From positions 195,522 through 259,521 of the forward strand of contig CAVZGV010000004.1 in the NCBI GenBank assembly GCA_963774955.1: 64,000 nt of DNA, in the 5' to 3' direction. The stretch comes from Candidatus Falkowbacteria bacterium. Its GTDB lineage: Bacteria; Patescibacteriota; Patescibacteriia; CAIXNZ01. A model generated the notes under the pieces. It did no database searches. It was not told where the DNA came from and saw only the letters and a list, made by a program, of their open reading frames with translations. Shown piece after piece: positions 36,264 to 46,410 of this stretch (positions within the stretch are counted from its first letter, which is position 1; each line of letters opens with the position of its first letter). The position numbers and the translations under genes are program-made.

Positions 36264-36800
36264 ATGAAAAAAATAGAAAGCAGGGGATTGGTAGTAATGA
36301 TTTTTGTTTTAATCATCATTGTAAGTGTCGGAATACAATGTGATAATCAAGTCCCGAAAAACCTAAGGGTTTATAAGGCGACAGTGAATTATAATTTGTC
36401 TCCTGATGAAATGCTTATAGCAAGCAATTATCAATGGTGTGCCGGCGATCTTAAAAAGGATCAATTAACCGGTAAGGGCGTTCAGGAGATTGAACTTTTT
36501 GTAGTCCCCATCGAAAAAGAATTTTTGTCGGGGGAAGTTGTTCAGTACTTAAATAGTTTAGGGCTTAAATCTGCAAATTTTGCGCAACTACTCGCATTAG
36601 CAGCAATCGATCCTGATATTGAAAAAGATGGAGCGATTGTAGCAATGGGATCTCAATGGTGGGATTACGACAAAGACCGTGTTTGTCCTGTATTACGTAA
36701 CGATAATGGTAAACGCGGTATTGCGATCCAACGGATGAGATATTTAAATTTGCTGGATGTTACTTGGGATACACAATACCGTTTTTTAGCCTATAAATAG
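36264..36800 (+). CDS. Exported/anchored hypothetical protein, paralogue of 31726-32163
   Basis: AGGAGG SD, N-terminal hydrophobic segment ending GIQC; promoter TTGACA at 36154. Confidence 0.75.
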   Translation: MKKIESRGLVVMIFVLIIIVSVGIQCDNQVPKNLRVYKATVNYNLSPDEMLIASNYQWCAGDLKKDQLTGKGVQEIELFVVPIEKEFLSGEVVQYLNSLGLKSANFAQLLALAAIDPDIEKDGAIVAMGSQWWDYDKDRVCPVLRNDNGKRGIAIQRMRYLNLLDVTWDTQYRFLAYK

Positions 36801-36941
36801 GAATAACAAGAAGCGAGACGCGATGCGTTTCGCTTTTTAAAATTTAAAAATATCAGCATGCATTGACAAAGGACAAAGTTTAAGTTAAAATAGATAATCA
36901 AGGTTCTTTTTACTCCAAACGCTAGCCAAGGAGGCTTGATC

Positions 36942-38087
36942 ATGAAAAGATTGATAATTATCGTAACAGCCATAATTCTGGGAGGGATGCCAATGATAGC
37001 TAAGGCTCATTCTGTCGGTGTTAAGGTTTTGGACCTGAACAATGGCCAGAGGATCATTGTCTGGTATCCAGGCATCAGGTTGGCTAGACAGGAACCGTTT
37101 TCCCATTTTGGCAGGGCCAGAAGCTTAAATGCTTATCTTGACGCCCCAATCGATTTTTTTGGAGCGCCTTACCCGCTGATTGTCCGGTCTCATGGCTTGG
37201 GCATGGGTGCGCTGGACGCTGTTAACTGGTCTGTCAAAGTCGCGGCTGAAGGCTTCGTGGTTGTGGCTTTTGACCACAGCGATGCTCTGGCCTGTAAACT
37301 GGACGGGTCAAGTGATTTAGATTGGATTGCGGCCAGCAAGGCCATGATTCAGTATCATGATGACTTTGATATGGCGGTTCAGACCGCCTTTAGTCAAAGT
37401 CTGACTTATCTGGACAATTCGGTTTATCGTACTCGGGAATTTTCCGCTGTCTTGGATGGAGTCTTGGTTCATCCGTTTTTTCAGGGTTTAATTGATCCTG
37501 ATAAGATCGGCGCGGCTGGTCATTCTTTTGGCGGAGCTACAGTCCTGGCTTTAGGTCATCAGGCTGAAATGGATTGTACTGATCCGGCTAGCTATTCGCC
37601 GCAAATTTGCGGCACTAACCCAAGTACGGGGTTTTCAGGTAGCTTTTTAGCCAGTCAGTGCTGCCGGCCGGCTTATCAGGGCAAAAAGAGCAGCTTCTAT
37701 GACCCGCGAGTTAAAGCTGTTATGGCAGTCGGTCCTGGCACATTTCTTTTCTGGCCGCTGGAAGTCAATATTCCGGTCATGCTGATTAGCGGCGATCATT
37801 TCGAGGTTGATCAGCAGAACATGACCAAGCCGTTTGAAACATTTTCGCAGGTTTATTGGTTGGTGGTAAAGAACACCGACCACATGAACTGGGTATCCTG
37901 GATTTACAATAATATTCCCGGAGCGCCAATGTTTTTTAAAGGCTACAGAGCTTACTGGCTTAAGCAGGCGATTTTTCAGGAATATTCACTGGCTTTTTTC
38001 CAGGCTCACCTTAATGGCGATTTTACCCAGCTGAACAGGCTGAAAAATATTCATTGTTCCCGCATCAACTTCAGATATAAACCTTAA
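36942..38087 (+). CDS. Secreted alpha/beta hydrolase (dienelactone hydrolase/PAF-AH-like)
   Basis: Signal peptide ending AKA; YPLIVRSHG, GHSFGG nucleophile elbow, DPRVKA, DH; promoter TTGACA(36863)-17-TAAAAT. Confidence 0.85.
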   Translation: MKRLIIIVTAIILGGMPMIAKAHSVGVKVLDLNNGQRIIVWYPGIRLARQEPFSHFGRARSLNAYLDAPIDFFGAPYPLIVRSHGLGMGALDAVNWSVKVAAEGFVVVAFDHSDALACKLDGSSDLDWIAASKAMIQYHDDFDMAVQTAFSQSLTYLDNSVYRTREFSAVLDGVLVHPFFQGLIDPDKIGAAGHSFGGATVLALGHQAEMDCTDPASYSPQICGTNPSTGFSGSFLASQCCRPAYQGKKSSFYDPRVKAVMAVGPGTFLFWPLEVNIPVMLISGDHFEVDQQNMTKPFETFSQVYWLVVKNTDHMNWVSWIYNNIPGAPMFFKGYRAYWLKQAIFQEYSLAFFQAHLNGDFTQLNRLKNIHCSRINFRYKP

Positions 38088-38115
38088 GATTCAATTGTAA
38101 TCATAAAGGGCGATT

Positions 38116-38597
38116 CCGCAACGCGGCTCGCCCTTTTATAATTTGACAGAATTATGAAAATTTTATATTTTAATATTAACAACTTCTATACGTTCAAATA
38201 AAATATGGGCCAGCTGCGGTTATTTGTAGGCTTAAAGTTCTTAAAGAAAGTATTCAAAAATTTTTAAGCAAAAAAGGAGTAGAAAATGAGTAGGACTGGT
38301 TATAAAGCTCAATATCGTCAGCATCTCCATCAAGATCCAAAACACAGGCGCTTTTTGGCTAAAGATTCAGAAGCAAATAGGAGAAATTTATTAGGGGCTG
38401 AACTGCTTGAATATAAAAAATTTGTAAATGCAGCCTTGGAAACTTTTTTTATGGAATGCCGCCGGCTTGTAATGAAACTAAAGAAAGACCCGAATAAGGA
38501 GGACTAGCTGAAAAAATATGCTCTGGCCGAAACAATATTTTTCAGCCACTTGAAACCCAAAAGGCGAGACCGCAACGCGGCTCGCCCTTTTATAATT
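38116..38597 (+). repeat. 28-bp perfect direct repeat (terminator-like) at 38116-38143 and 38570-38597
   Basis: CCGCAACGCGGCTCGCCCTTTTATAATT occurs twice. Confidence 0.85.
38286..38507 (+). CDS. Small basic hypothetical protein
   Basis: AAGGAG SD; upstream TTGACA at 38143. Confidence 0.55.
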   Translation: MSRTGYKAQYRQHLHQDPKHRRFLAKDSEANRRNLLGAELLEYKKFVNAALETFFMECRRLVMKLKKDPNKED

Positions 38598-38616
38598 CGT
38601 TTAAAATTAGTGTTAA

Positions 38617-39348
38617 TTAGTTTTCCCCTAAATTCGTCCAATAATCATCCACATCCTCATTTTCATCCAGAGCTTCAAAAAAATTACTTAATTTCTGTCC
38701 GGTTTCATCATTAACTTTTACTTGTTCCTTGGCCACATATTCCATGGCAGCATCTTCCAGGTTAAAACCCAGATCTTCCAGCCCTTTTTTGACTTTTTGT
38801 AAATCAGGAATTCCGCAAGATACAGTAACGCCTTCTTCACTTTTTTTAATATCTTGAGCGCCTAAGTCAATTAACTGCAATTCAAGTTCGTCCCAGTTTT
38901 TTTTAGATAATTGTTCGTTGCTGAGGCGAATGACGCCTTTATTTTCAAATTGCCAGGCTACAGCTCCGGGTCCACCCAGGGAACCGCCATATTTGGAAAA
39001 TAAATGCTTTAACTCTGAAGAACTACGGTTTTTATTATCGGTTAAACATTTAACTATCACGGCAACGCCGCCAGGGCCAAAACCTTCATAAACCATTTCT
39101 TCAATAGTTGCGCCCTCAAGTTCTCCGGTACCGCGTTTAATTGCGCGGTCAATGTTTTCTCTGGGCATATTGGCGGCTTTGGCTTTGTCCATGGCTAAAC
39201 GCAAAGAAAAATTAGTAACGGGATCACCGCCCCTTTCTTTGGCTGACACAGTAATTAATTTGGCCAGTTTGGTAAATAAAATCGCGCGCTTAGCATCTGT
39301 AGCGCCCTTAGCTCTTTTGGTTGTGGCCCACTTTGAGTGTCCGCTCAT
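38617..39348 (-). CDS. yebC: YebC/PmpR family protein
   Basis: MSGHSKW, NMPRENIDRAI, YEGFGPGG, TDNKNR. Confidence 0.97.
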   Translation of the reverse strand: MSGHSKWATTKRAKGATDAKRAILFTKLAKLITVSAKERGGDPVTNFSLRLAMDKAKAANMPRENIDRAIKRGTGELEGATIEEMVYEGFGPGGVAVIVKCLTDNKNRSSSELKHLFSKYGGSLGGPGAVAWQFENKGVIRLSNEQLSKKNWDELELQLIDLGAQDIKKSEEGVTVSCGIPDLQKVKKGLEDLGFNLEDAAMEYVAKEQVKVNDETGQKLSNFFEALDENEDVDDYWTNLGEN

Positions 39349-39597
39349 ACATTAAGTCTAAAGTATAAAGTCTAAAGTCTAAAGTTTGGAGTTTTTAATA
39401 TATTTTTTCCTTAACTTAGCCTTTCGGATAATAGAATCTTACCAAAATCATTCATTAAAATCAAGAAGAATTGAAACAATTTGATAAATTAGCCGATTTT
39501 ATCCCCAAAAAACTATTGCTATTTATGAATAAGCTGTTATACTGGTAACAAATAGAATTTAAATCAGTTTTTATCCAGACTCAGTTATTTTATTGCC

Positions 39598-40260
39598 ATG
39601 CCTAATAAAATGACGGTCGGGAATCGAATTATGTACCAGGTTTTTTTTGTCTGTTTTTCTTGGTTTTTATTATTGCTGGCGGCTTTTTATCTAGGACTAT
39701 ATTCCATAGCTTATTATTTGGGAATTATTATTGTCGTTTTTACGACATTTTTTTTACTCTTTATTTTGCAGGAATTTTTTCGGGTAGTTATTAGGGGCAA
39801 TGCTCCATATGTGACTAGCTCAAAGAAATTTATTAGGAAAATTATTGATTCCGTGGATTTTAAAGAAGGCGCCCTGGTTTACGAACTAGGTTGTGGAGAT
39901 GCCAGGTTTTTAAGGGAATTGGTTAAAAAACACAATGTACAGGCAATCGGTTATGAGTATTTTTTGGTTCCATATCTAATTGCAAGATTCTTTAATTTTT
40001 TCAGCCGCAATAAGGTTAAAATATATTTTAAGGACATTAGCAAGGTGGATTTATCAGAGGCAGATTACATCTATTGTTATTTGATGGTCAAACAAATGGA
40101 TGTTTTGGAGAAAAAACTGCAGCAAGAATTAAAACCCGGCGCTTTGGTTATCTCCAATACATTCGTGTTTAAGACTTGGCAGCCGGAAAAGGTCATTGTT
40201 TTAGACGAAAATAAAAATTATAAACTCAGCAATAAGATTTATCTTTACCGCAAAGTTTAA
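39598..40260 (+). CDS. Membrane-anchored class I SAM-dependent methyltransferase
   Basis: APYV, ELGCGDAR, ELKPGALVISNTF. Confidence 0.85.
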   Translation: MPNKMTVGNRIMYQVFFVCFSWFLLLLAAFYLGLYSIAYYLGIIIVVFTTFFLLFILQEFFRVVIRGNAPYVTSSKKFIRKIIDSVDFKEGALVYELGCGDARFLRELVKKHNVQAIGYEYFLVPYLIARFFNFFSRNKVKIYFKDISKVDLSEADYIYCYLMVKQMDVLEKKLQQELKPGALVISNTFVFKTWQPEKVIVLDENKNYKLSNKIYLYRKV

Positions 40261-40307
40261 ATCTTGATTAAATACCAAAAATTAAGTTTTCTTGCTATAA
40301 TTAGACC

Positions 40308-41927
40308 ATGAAGTGGCGTAATATTGCAATTAAACTCCAAGAACTGATTGCCCGCAATCAGTTTGTTTTATATCTGGCTGTTTTTGGGCTGGCTTTTTTT
40401 TGTTATCTCTGGATTCAATCCACCCCCTCAATGATTGACCCGGATTCTTTTTATCATTTAAAAATGGTTAAATTAACTGCCCAGCAGGGGCCGGTGCTGG
40501 ATTTCCCCTGGCTGCAGTTTACGGTTTTAAAAGATTACTATACTGACCATCATTTTCTATATCATGTAGCGGCTATTCCCTTTATTGAAATTATGGGTGA
40601 TTTTTTGGGCTTCAAATATTACACTGCTTTTTTAGCGGCTTTTTTTATCATTCTGGTCTATTGGTTTTTTAAACGTCAGCAGATAAAATGGGCAGAATTT
40701 TTTATTTTAGCTCTGCTTTTTGCCCCGGCTTTTATGTTTCGTGTTTCTTTAACTAAAGCCACGGCTTTTTCCCTAATATTATTGTTTTTTAGTATTTATA
40801 ATGTTTTTCAGAAAAAATATTGGCCTTTATTTCTGATTTCATTTATATATGTTTGGTCGTATGGCGGCTATTTTTTAATTTTAGGTATGGCTTTGATTTA
40901 TGTTGCGGCGGAGACTATTTATTTGGTACTGCAAAATGAATTTGAAGATAGAAAGAAAACATGGCCGCGACTCAAAACCATGGCAAAAAATACAGTTATT
41001 TATTTTTTTAGCCCGGCACATTTAAAATTAATCGGCGTAGTTATTATTGGTCTGGCAGCCGGCATTGTCATTAATCCCTACTTTCCCAAAAATTTATATT
41101 TTATCTGGCAACAATTAGTTCAAATCGGCTTGATTAATTATCAGGGCCTGGTTAATGTCGGCGGGGAATGGTATCCATATCAGGCCTGGAATTTAATCGC
41201 TGATATTAATTTGGTTGCCTTGATCGCAGTTAGTGCTTATGTTGCTTTTATCGTTAGTTTTAAAAAACAACAGCCAAAATCATACTTTTTTTTATTGACC
41301 AGTGTTTTGTTTTTAATCTTGACTTTGAAATCTAAGCGTTATGTCGAATATTTAGTGCCCAACCTGGTTTTTTTTGCAGCTTTTAGCTTTAACTATGCAG
41401 TTCAAAATCATCAGCTGAAAGCCGCCTATTTAAGATGTAAAAATGTTGCTTATTCAATGAAATATTTGCTGGCGATACTCTTGGTTTATCTCAGTATCCT
41501 GGTAGTTTCTGTCTGTGTCAGAAATGTCCTGGCTACGAAACAATCGTTTAGCGGGGGCATAGGTTTTCAAAATTTTGCAGGCATATCTCAATATTTAAAA
41601 ACAAATGCCCAGCCCGGACAAATTATCATGCATACTGATTGGGATGATTTCCCCATGCTTTTTTACCATAATGATAAAAATTATTATATTGTCGGTTTGG
41701 ACCCGACCTTTATGTATAATTATAATAAGGACCAGTATAATCTTTACGCTGATATTACTACGGCTAAAAAAAAGGATAATCTGTATCAAGCCGTTAAGGA
41801 TACTTTTAGAGCCAGTTATTTTATAGTCAATAAAGACAGGGGGCAATTGAAAAAAAACTTGGAAAATGACGGCGGATTTGTTATGGTTTATGAAGACAAG
41901 GATGCCTGGCTCTACCGGTTGAAATAG
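40308..41927 (+). CDS. Polytopic membrane protein, probable GT-C fold glycosyltransferase
   Basis: DPDSFYH luminal motif, many TMs, C-terminal soluble domain with WDD/GLDP. Confidence 0.6.
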   Translation: MKWRNIAIKLQELIARNQFVLYLAVFGLAFFCYLWIQSTPSMIDPDSFYHLKMVKLTAQQGPVLDFPWLQFTVLKDYYTDHHFLYHVAAIPFIEIMGDFLGFKYYTAFLAAFFIILVYWFFKRQQIKWAEFFILALLFAPAFMFRVSLTKATAFSLILLFFSIYNVFQKKYWPLFLISFIYVWSYGGYFLILGMALIYVAAETIYLVLQNEFEDRKKTWPRLKTMAKNTVIYFFSPAHLKLIGVVIIGLAAGIVINPYFPKNLYFIWQQLVQIGLINYQGLVNVGGEWYPYQAWNLIADINLVALIAVSAYVAFIVSFKKQQPKSYFFLLTSVLFLILTLKSKRYVEYLVPNLVFFAAFSFNYAVQNHQLKAAYLRCKNVAYSMKYLLAILLVYLSILVVSVCVRNVLATKQSFSGGIGFQNFAGISQYLKTNAQPGQIIMHTDWDDFPMLFYHNDKNYYIVGLDPTFMYNYNKDQYNLYADITTAKKKDNLYQAVKDTFRASYFIVNKDRGQLKKNLENDGGFVMVYEDKDAWLYRLK

Positions 41928-41963
41928 GGAAAAATAACGAGTATTTACACTAGTCAACAAATT

Positions 41964-42686
41964 ATGAAAATTTTAATTGTGCTACCTGCCTATAACGAAG
42001 CCAAAATATTAGAGGCTAATGTCACTAAGCTTTTGTTATTTGTCAGGGCCAATTTAAGCAACCAGGAATTTAAGCTTATAATTTCCGATAATAATTCTAC
42101 TGATGATACCCAAACAGTCGCAGAGAGCTTAAAAGTAAAATTTCCTGAAGTTGATTATATTTTTGTCCCCGAACAGGGTAAAGGCAACGCCATAATGGTT
42201 CCTTGGCAAAAACTGCAAAATGACTATAATCTTTATATTTTTATGGATGCTGACTTGGCTACAGACTTGCAGTCTTTGCCGGATTTAATTTCTGGGCTTA
42301 ATAATGGATATGATCTGGTGCTGGGCTCCAGATATTTGAAGGCTTCCCAGGTCAAAAGAACTATTTGGCGGCGGATGTTTTCCCTTGGCTATCGCTGTTT
42401 ATTGAAATTAGTTTTAGGCACAAAAGTGCGTGATTTACCCTGCGGTTTTAAGGCTGTTACCCCAAGGGTCGTGAAAGAAATTATACCAAAAATAAGGAAC
42501 CATACCTGGTTTTTTGATTCTGAAATGGTATTTTTAGCTGAAAAAGACGGCCTGAAAATAAAAGAGATTCCTGTTAAGTGGCAGGAACCCCGGGGTAATG
42601 AAGATAAAAGCCGGGTTAATATGCTTAAAGTTACTAGTCTATATTTTAAAGAGGTTTGGCGACTCAGAAAACAATGCAAAAAATAA
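41964..42686 (+). CDS. GT2 polyprenol-phosphate glycosyltransferase (DPM/DPG synthase-like)
   Basis: LPAYNE, DNNSTD, GKG, FMDAD, GSR, CGFKA, WFFDSE. Confidence 0.9.
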   Translation: MKILIVLPAYNEAKILEANVTKLLLFVRANLSNQEFKLIISDNNSTDDTQTVAESLKVKFPEVDYIFVPEQGKGNAIMVPWQKLQNDYNLYIFMDADLATDLQSLPDLISGLNNGYDLVLGSRYLKASQVKRTIWRRMFSLGYRCLLKLVLGTKVRDLPCGFKAVTPRVVKEIIPKIRNHTWFFDSEMVFLAEKDGLKIKEIPVKWQEPRGNEDKSRVNMLKVTSLYFKEVWRLRKQCKK

Positions 42687-44302
42687 TTAATTTTATTTGT
42701 GCTCATAGCAGCTGGTCACTGTTGGTGATCCTATTTATAGCCCTTATCTTTAGGGTTATTTTAATTGATAAAATACCCGGGGGTTTGCAGGGTGATGAAA
42801 GCCTGATTCTATATAATGCCTGGTCAATTGCTGAAACCGGTGCTGATATTTTTAATGACAGCTTGCCAGTACATTTAAGGGGTTATGGCTGGGGAGAAAA
42901 TTCCTTTTTAGTTTACTTGCTGGTGCCGCTGATTAAATTATTTGGTCCCTTTCAGGTCTCAATTTTTCGGTTAGTAGTTGTTTTATTCCATTTACTGCTA
43001 ATATTATTTTCATTTTTTTTGGCCAGGGAATTATTTGATGAAAAAGTCGGCCTGTTAACGGCTTTATTTTTAACTTTTTCACCCTGGGATTTAGCCTTAT
43101 CCCGGATATTATTCAATGTTTCTCTTTTGCCTTGTTTTTATATTGCCGGACTGTATTTTTTAATTGTTGGTCTAAAAAGAAAACGGGTTGTTTATTTCAT
43201 GATCTCTGGTTTTATCTTAAGTTTAACTTTTTATATTTATGCTTTATCATATTTTTGGGTGCCCATTCTAGTGTTGATAACAGCAATTTCATTTTGGCCA
43301 AAAATAAAGGCCTTAAAATACTGGCATTTTCTAGGGTTTACACTGACGGTCTTGATCATTGGCTTGCCTATCATTTTATTTTATATAAAAAATCAATTCG
43401 GTTTATTGCTGAACCTGGATAAATTCTTGTTTTTTTCTCTGCCCAAATTAACCTCGACCCGTTTTAATAATATTTCAATTTTAAATGAAATTGATATTTT
43501 AATGCCACTAAGCTTGGCCAAAAATTATTTGGCCCATTTTAATCCGGTTTTTTTATTTTTTAATGCGACTTTGCCCAGCTTTGTAAAACACTTCGGATTA
43601 ATTCAGCTTTATGAACTGCCGTTTTTGGTTATCGGCTTGGTCTTAATTTTCATTAATTCACGGTCAGCCAACTATAAGTTTCTTATTTTATGGCTTTTGG
43701 CGGCGTCGTTACCAGTGGCTTTGACCATTGAAAATCTGCCCCATCCCTTACGTTTTGTGAGCGCCTTGCCGATTTTTGAAATCATTGCCAGCCTGGGAAT
43801 TATTTATTTTTTTACCAAGTTTATAACCAACAGAAGAAAAATACTCATGACTTATATTGTTTCAATTGCCATTATTGTTACTGTGGGCTCATATTTTTTT
43901 AATTACTATGTTATTTATCCGCAGACTTCATTCAGGGAACAGCAAGCAGGCAGCCAAGAACTGACTGAGTTTATTCAGGAAAATTATAACCAATATACCA
44001 ATATTTATATTGTAAATCGCGGTTGGTTATATCTGTACTTTCCTTATAATTATTTGTATTTTGCCCGGATTCAGCCGCAAAGGATTCAAGCCCTAAAATT
44101 TGAGCAATTGAAAACAAATTTTGTGCTTGATAAGATAAATTTTGTAGATAAATTGCCAGTGTCTGCGGCTGAAAACGAGCTGACTCAAGATTTGTATTTA
44201 CTGCCAATCGGAGAGGCCTTTGACGGTTTTATTAAGAGTAAACAGCTGCTTAAAGAATTTAAAGATTTAAATAACCAGACCTACTTTGTTGCGCTTAAAT
44301 AA
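42674..44302 (+). CDS. ArnT/PMT-like (GT39/GT83) glycosyltransferase
   Basis: GLQGDE..YNAWSI.ETG.D; multiple TMs. Confidence 0.8.
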   Translation: MQKIINFICAHSSWSLLVILFIALIFRVILIDKIPGGLQGDESLILYNAWSIAETGADIFNDSLPVHLRGYGWGENSFLVYLLVPLIKLFGPFQVSIFRLVVVLFHLLLILFSFFLARELFDEKVGLLTALFLTFSPWDLALSRILFNVSLLPCFYIAGLYFLIVGLKRKRVVYFMISGFILSLTFYIYALSYFWVPILVLITAISFWPKIKALKYWHFLGFTLTVLIIGLPIILFYIKNQFGLLLNLDKFLFFSLPKLTSTRFNNISILNEIDILMPLSLAKNYLAHFNPVFLFFNATLPSFVKHFGLIQLYELPFLVIGLVLIFINSRSANYKFLILWLLAASLPVALTIENLPHPLRFVSALPIFEIIASLGIIYFFTKFITNRRKILMTYIVSIAIIVTVGSYFFNYYVIYPQTSFREQQAGSQELTEFIQENYNQYTNIYIVNRGWLYLYFPYNYLYFARIQPQRIQALKFEQLKTNFVLDKINFVDKLPVSAAENELTQDLYLLPIGEAFDGFIKSKQLLKEFKDLNNQTYFVALK

Positions 44303-44356
44303 AAAAACACCTCTATCGAAGCGGGGCAGGCTTAAATAATCATTATTAATATGATT

Positions 44357-46249
44357 TTAAAAGTTTAATGCACCGATTGTTTCATAACGGTCAAATTCCC
44401 AGGTAATACTGCCAATGCCATTAAGTCCGGGCATGCCGTCAAAGCTGATAATTTCAGCTTTTTTTATTGGCCCCAGATCAAAAAAGTTTAGCTGGATGAT
44501 TTGTCCCGGTTGCCAATTGTGCGTCGGATAAAAACCATAGCCCAGCGGAAAGATTTGGTCATTAATTTTTATAAAATAATTTTGCTCTAGAGGAGTTAAA
44601 GCTTTAAAAAACAATGATAGCTGGGTTGCAGTTTGAGCAGAACCCATGAAGGCTAATTTGGCCTGAAGAATTTGGTTTTGCGGGCTAGATATTTGCGGTA
44701 ATTCCTGATCATTATAGACAATATAAAGCTGAGTGGTAGATGGTGTCTCGGATTTTTGCCATAAAGCCAGGTTGCGCGATACTTTTGTAAGTTTAAAATT
44801 CTTTTCCTCAAGCAGGCTCTTTAATCTGTCTGGAATTTTGTAATAATAGTCTGGATATTTTTGGGCAAATTGCAGCTGAAAGGTTATATAGTCGCTAAAA
44901 TCAATTAAAAGATATTGAGTCTCGTCAGGAATAATATAATCTCCGGCATTAAATTGCTGCCTGCCGGTAACCGCATAATTTAAGGGATAAATATATTGCC
45001 GCGAAGACAGATTTGTTACTAAATCATAAGAAGTTACCAGAGATGCTGATTGCGGTATTTGGGCTACAAACTCCTGTTTAATGGAGGTATTGGCATAATT
45101 AAAATGGATAACGGTCTTGGCCAGGCAGGGCAGGGGACCGAGAATAATAAAATTATAAAGCAAGCCGCCGATAAAAATCAGAGGCAGGACCCCGCCATAT
45201 TCGCGATTAATAAAGGAAATCTTGGAATTTTTGCTCATGGCTTTTAGTGAGAAAATAGTGGCAAGACTAAAAATTATCAGATAAATCGCGCCATAGTGCC
45301 CTTTAATCGTGGCTCCGGTGGCAAAAGACGCCAGCATTAATTGCAGCAGATTACCCAGGCAGAGAAGCAGGTATTTTGGCCGCCAAACCGGAATAAATAA
45401 AAAGACCAGAAAGAAACCCAAAATTAATTCAAGATTTTGAACCGTAACAACATGAGTAAATACCAGAGGAAATTTAGCAAAGAAATTTATAAAAATTTCT
45501 CCCGGAGTTTTGCCCAGCCAATAATAATAAGTCAAAAATTTATAAGAAGACATTGAAGAGACCAGGGCGGCTAATTTCATAATAATTAAAAAGTATGAAG
45601 CGGCCAGCAAAGAGGGTGTCAGAATCCATTTAAGTTTTTTTCTATCCAGGAGGGCAACCAGGCCAAATAAGAAAATCACAAAGGCCACGTCCTCACGCAC
45701 TAACAAACTGAGTCCGCACCAGGCCAGAAAAGGCCAGAATTTATTCTGATCATAAAAATAAAAAGTCCAGGCTATAAAAAAAGGAGCAAAGGCTAGAATA
45801 TGAAATTCATATAGGGCAATATTGAAGGTCAGCGGGTTAAATAAAAAAAGCAGAATAACCAATAGTCCCAATTGAGGCGTTAAGTGCTTTTTGGCCAGCA
45901 GGTATAGGGGAATGGCAGTAAAGCCTAATATGCAGGCTTGAATAAAAAGCAGATTAAGAGGCGAGCGCCAGATAGTATAAATTGGGACTAGAAAAAAGAT
46001 GATTAATTCAAAATGGTCACCTAAATATGAGGTCGGATGAATGGAAAATTCAAATAAACGGCCGAATGAGGAATTATAAAAGACTTGGTTGAAAATGGCT
46101 AAATCCAGGCCATTATAAAGGAAATTAAAGTATTTGTATAGACAGATTCCAAAAATAATAAAAATATAGATAAAAATTAAGCCAAAAGTAATTTTGGCTA
46201 ATTTTGGCCAATCAAGCTTTTTAAACCATTTAAATTCAGGAGTTTTCAT
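44357..46249 (-). CDS. DUF2079-like membrane protein (putative GT-C)
   Basis: DLAIFNQ, LGDHF, YEFH, REDV. Confidence 0.75.
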   Translation of the reverse strand: MKTPEFKWFKKLDWPKLAKITFGLIFIYIFIIFGICLYKYFNFLYNGLDLAIFNQVFYNSSFGRLFEFSIHPTSYLGDHFELIIFFLVPIYTIWRSPLNLLFIQACILGFTAIPLYLLAKKHLTPQLGLLVILLFLFNPLTFNIALYEFHILAFAPFFIAWTFYFYDQNKFWPFLAWCGLSLLVREDVAFVIFLFGLVALLDRKKLKWILTPSLLAASYFLIIMKLAALVSSMSSYKFLTYYYWLGKTPGEIFINFFAKFPLVFTHVVTVQNLELILGFFLVFLFIPVWRPKYLLLCLGNLLQLMLASFATGATIKGHYGAIYLIIFSLATIFSLKAMSKNSKISFINREYGGVLPLIFIGGLLYNFIILGPLPCLAKTVIHFNYANTSIKQEFVAQIPQSASLVTSYDLVTNLSSRQYIYPLNYAVTGRQQFNAGDYIIPDETQYLLIDFSDYITFQLQFAQKYPDYYYKIPDRLKSLLEEKNFKLTKVSRNLALWQKSETPSTTQLYIVYNDQELPQISSPQNQILQAKLAFMGSAQTATQLSLFFKALTPLEQNYFIKINDQIFPLGYGFYPTHNWQPGQIIQLNFFDLGPIKKAEIISFDGMPGLNGIGSITWEFDRYETIGALNF

Positions 46250-46292
46250 ATCTATATTTTAGCTTAAATTTAGTAAAATATAAAGGCGGGTA

Positions 46293-46321
46293 TTGACAAA
46301 TGACTATTAATATGCTATACT
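46293..46321 (+). promoter_or_regulatory. Sigma70 promoter
   Basis: TTGACA-17-(TGc)TATACT. Confidence 0.75.
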
Positions 46322-46410
46322 GTAGAGATTGAAGAAATTCGGAAATTGTCTTTAGTTATACCAATAACAAGTTGCAAACAAACTGCCCTCAGGGCAGAGG
46401 AGGAAAAATC

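Noticed and set aside
31726-36800. Diversity-generating retroelement
   Set aside because: No reverse transcriptase and no TR/VR nucleotide repeat pair in the window.
39352-39385. Heptamer runs (TAAAGTC; also AACTAAT/AACTAAG near 30500 and 61625, TTTTAAT near 3630)
   Set aside because: Short, low-complexity intergenic repeats with no supportable function.
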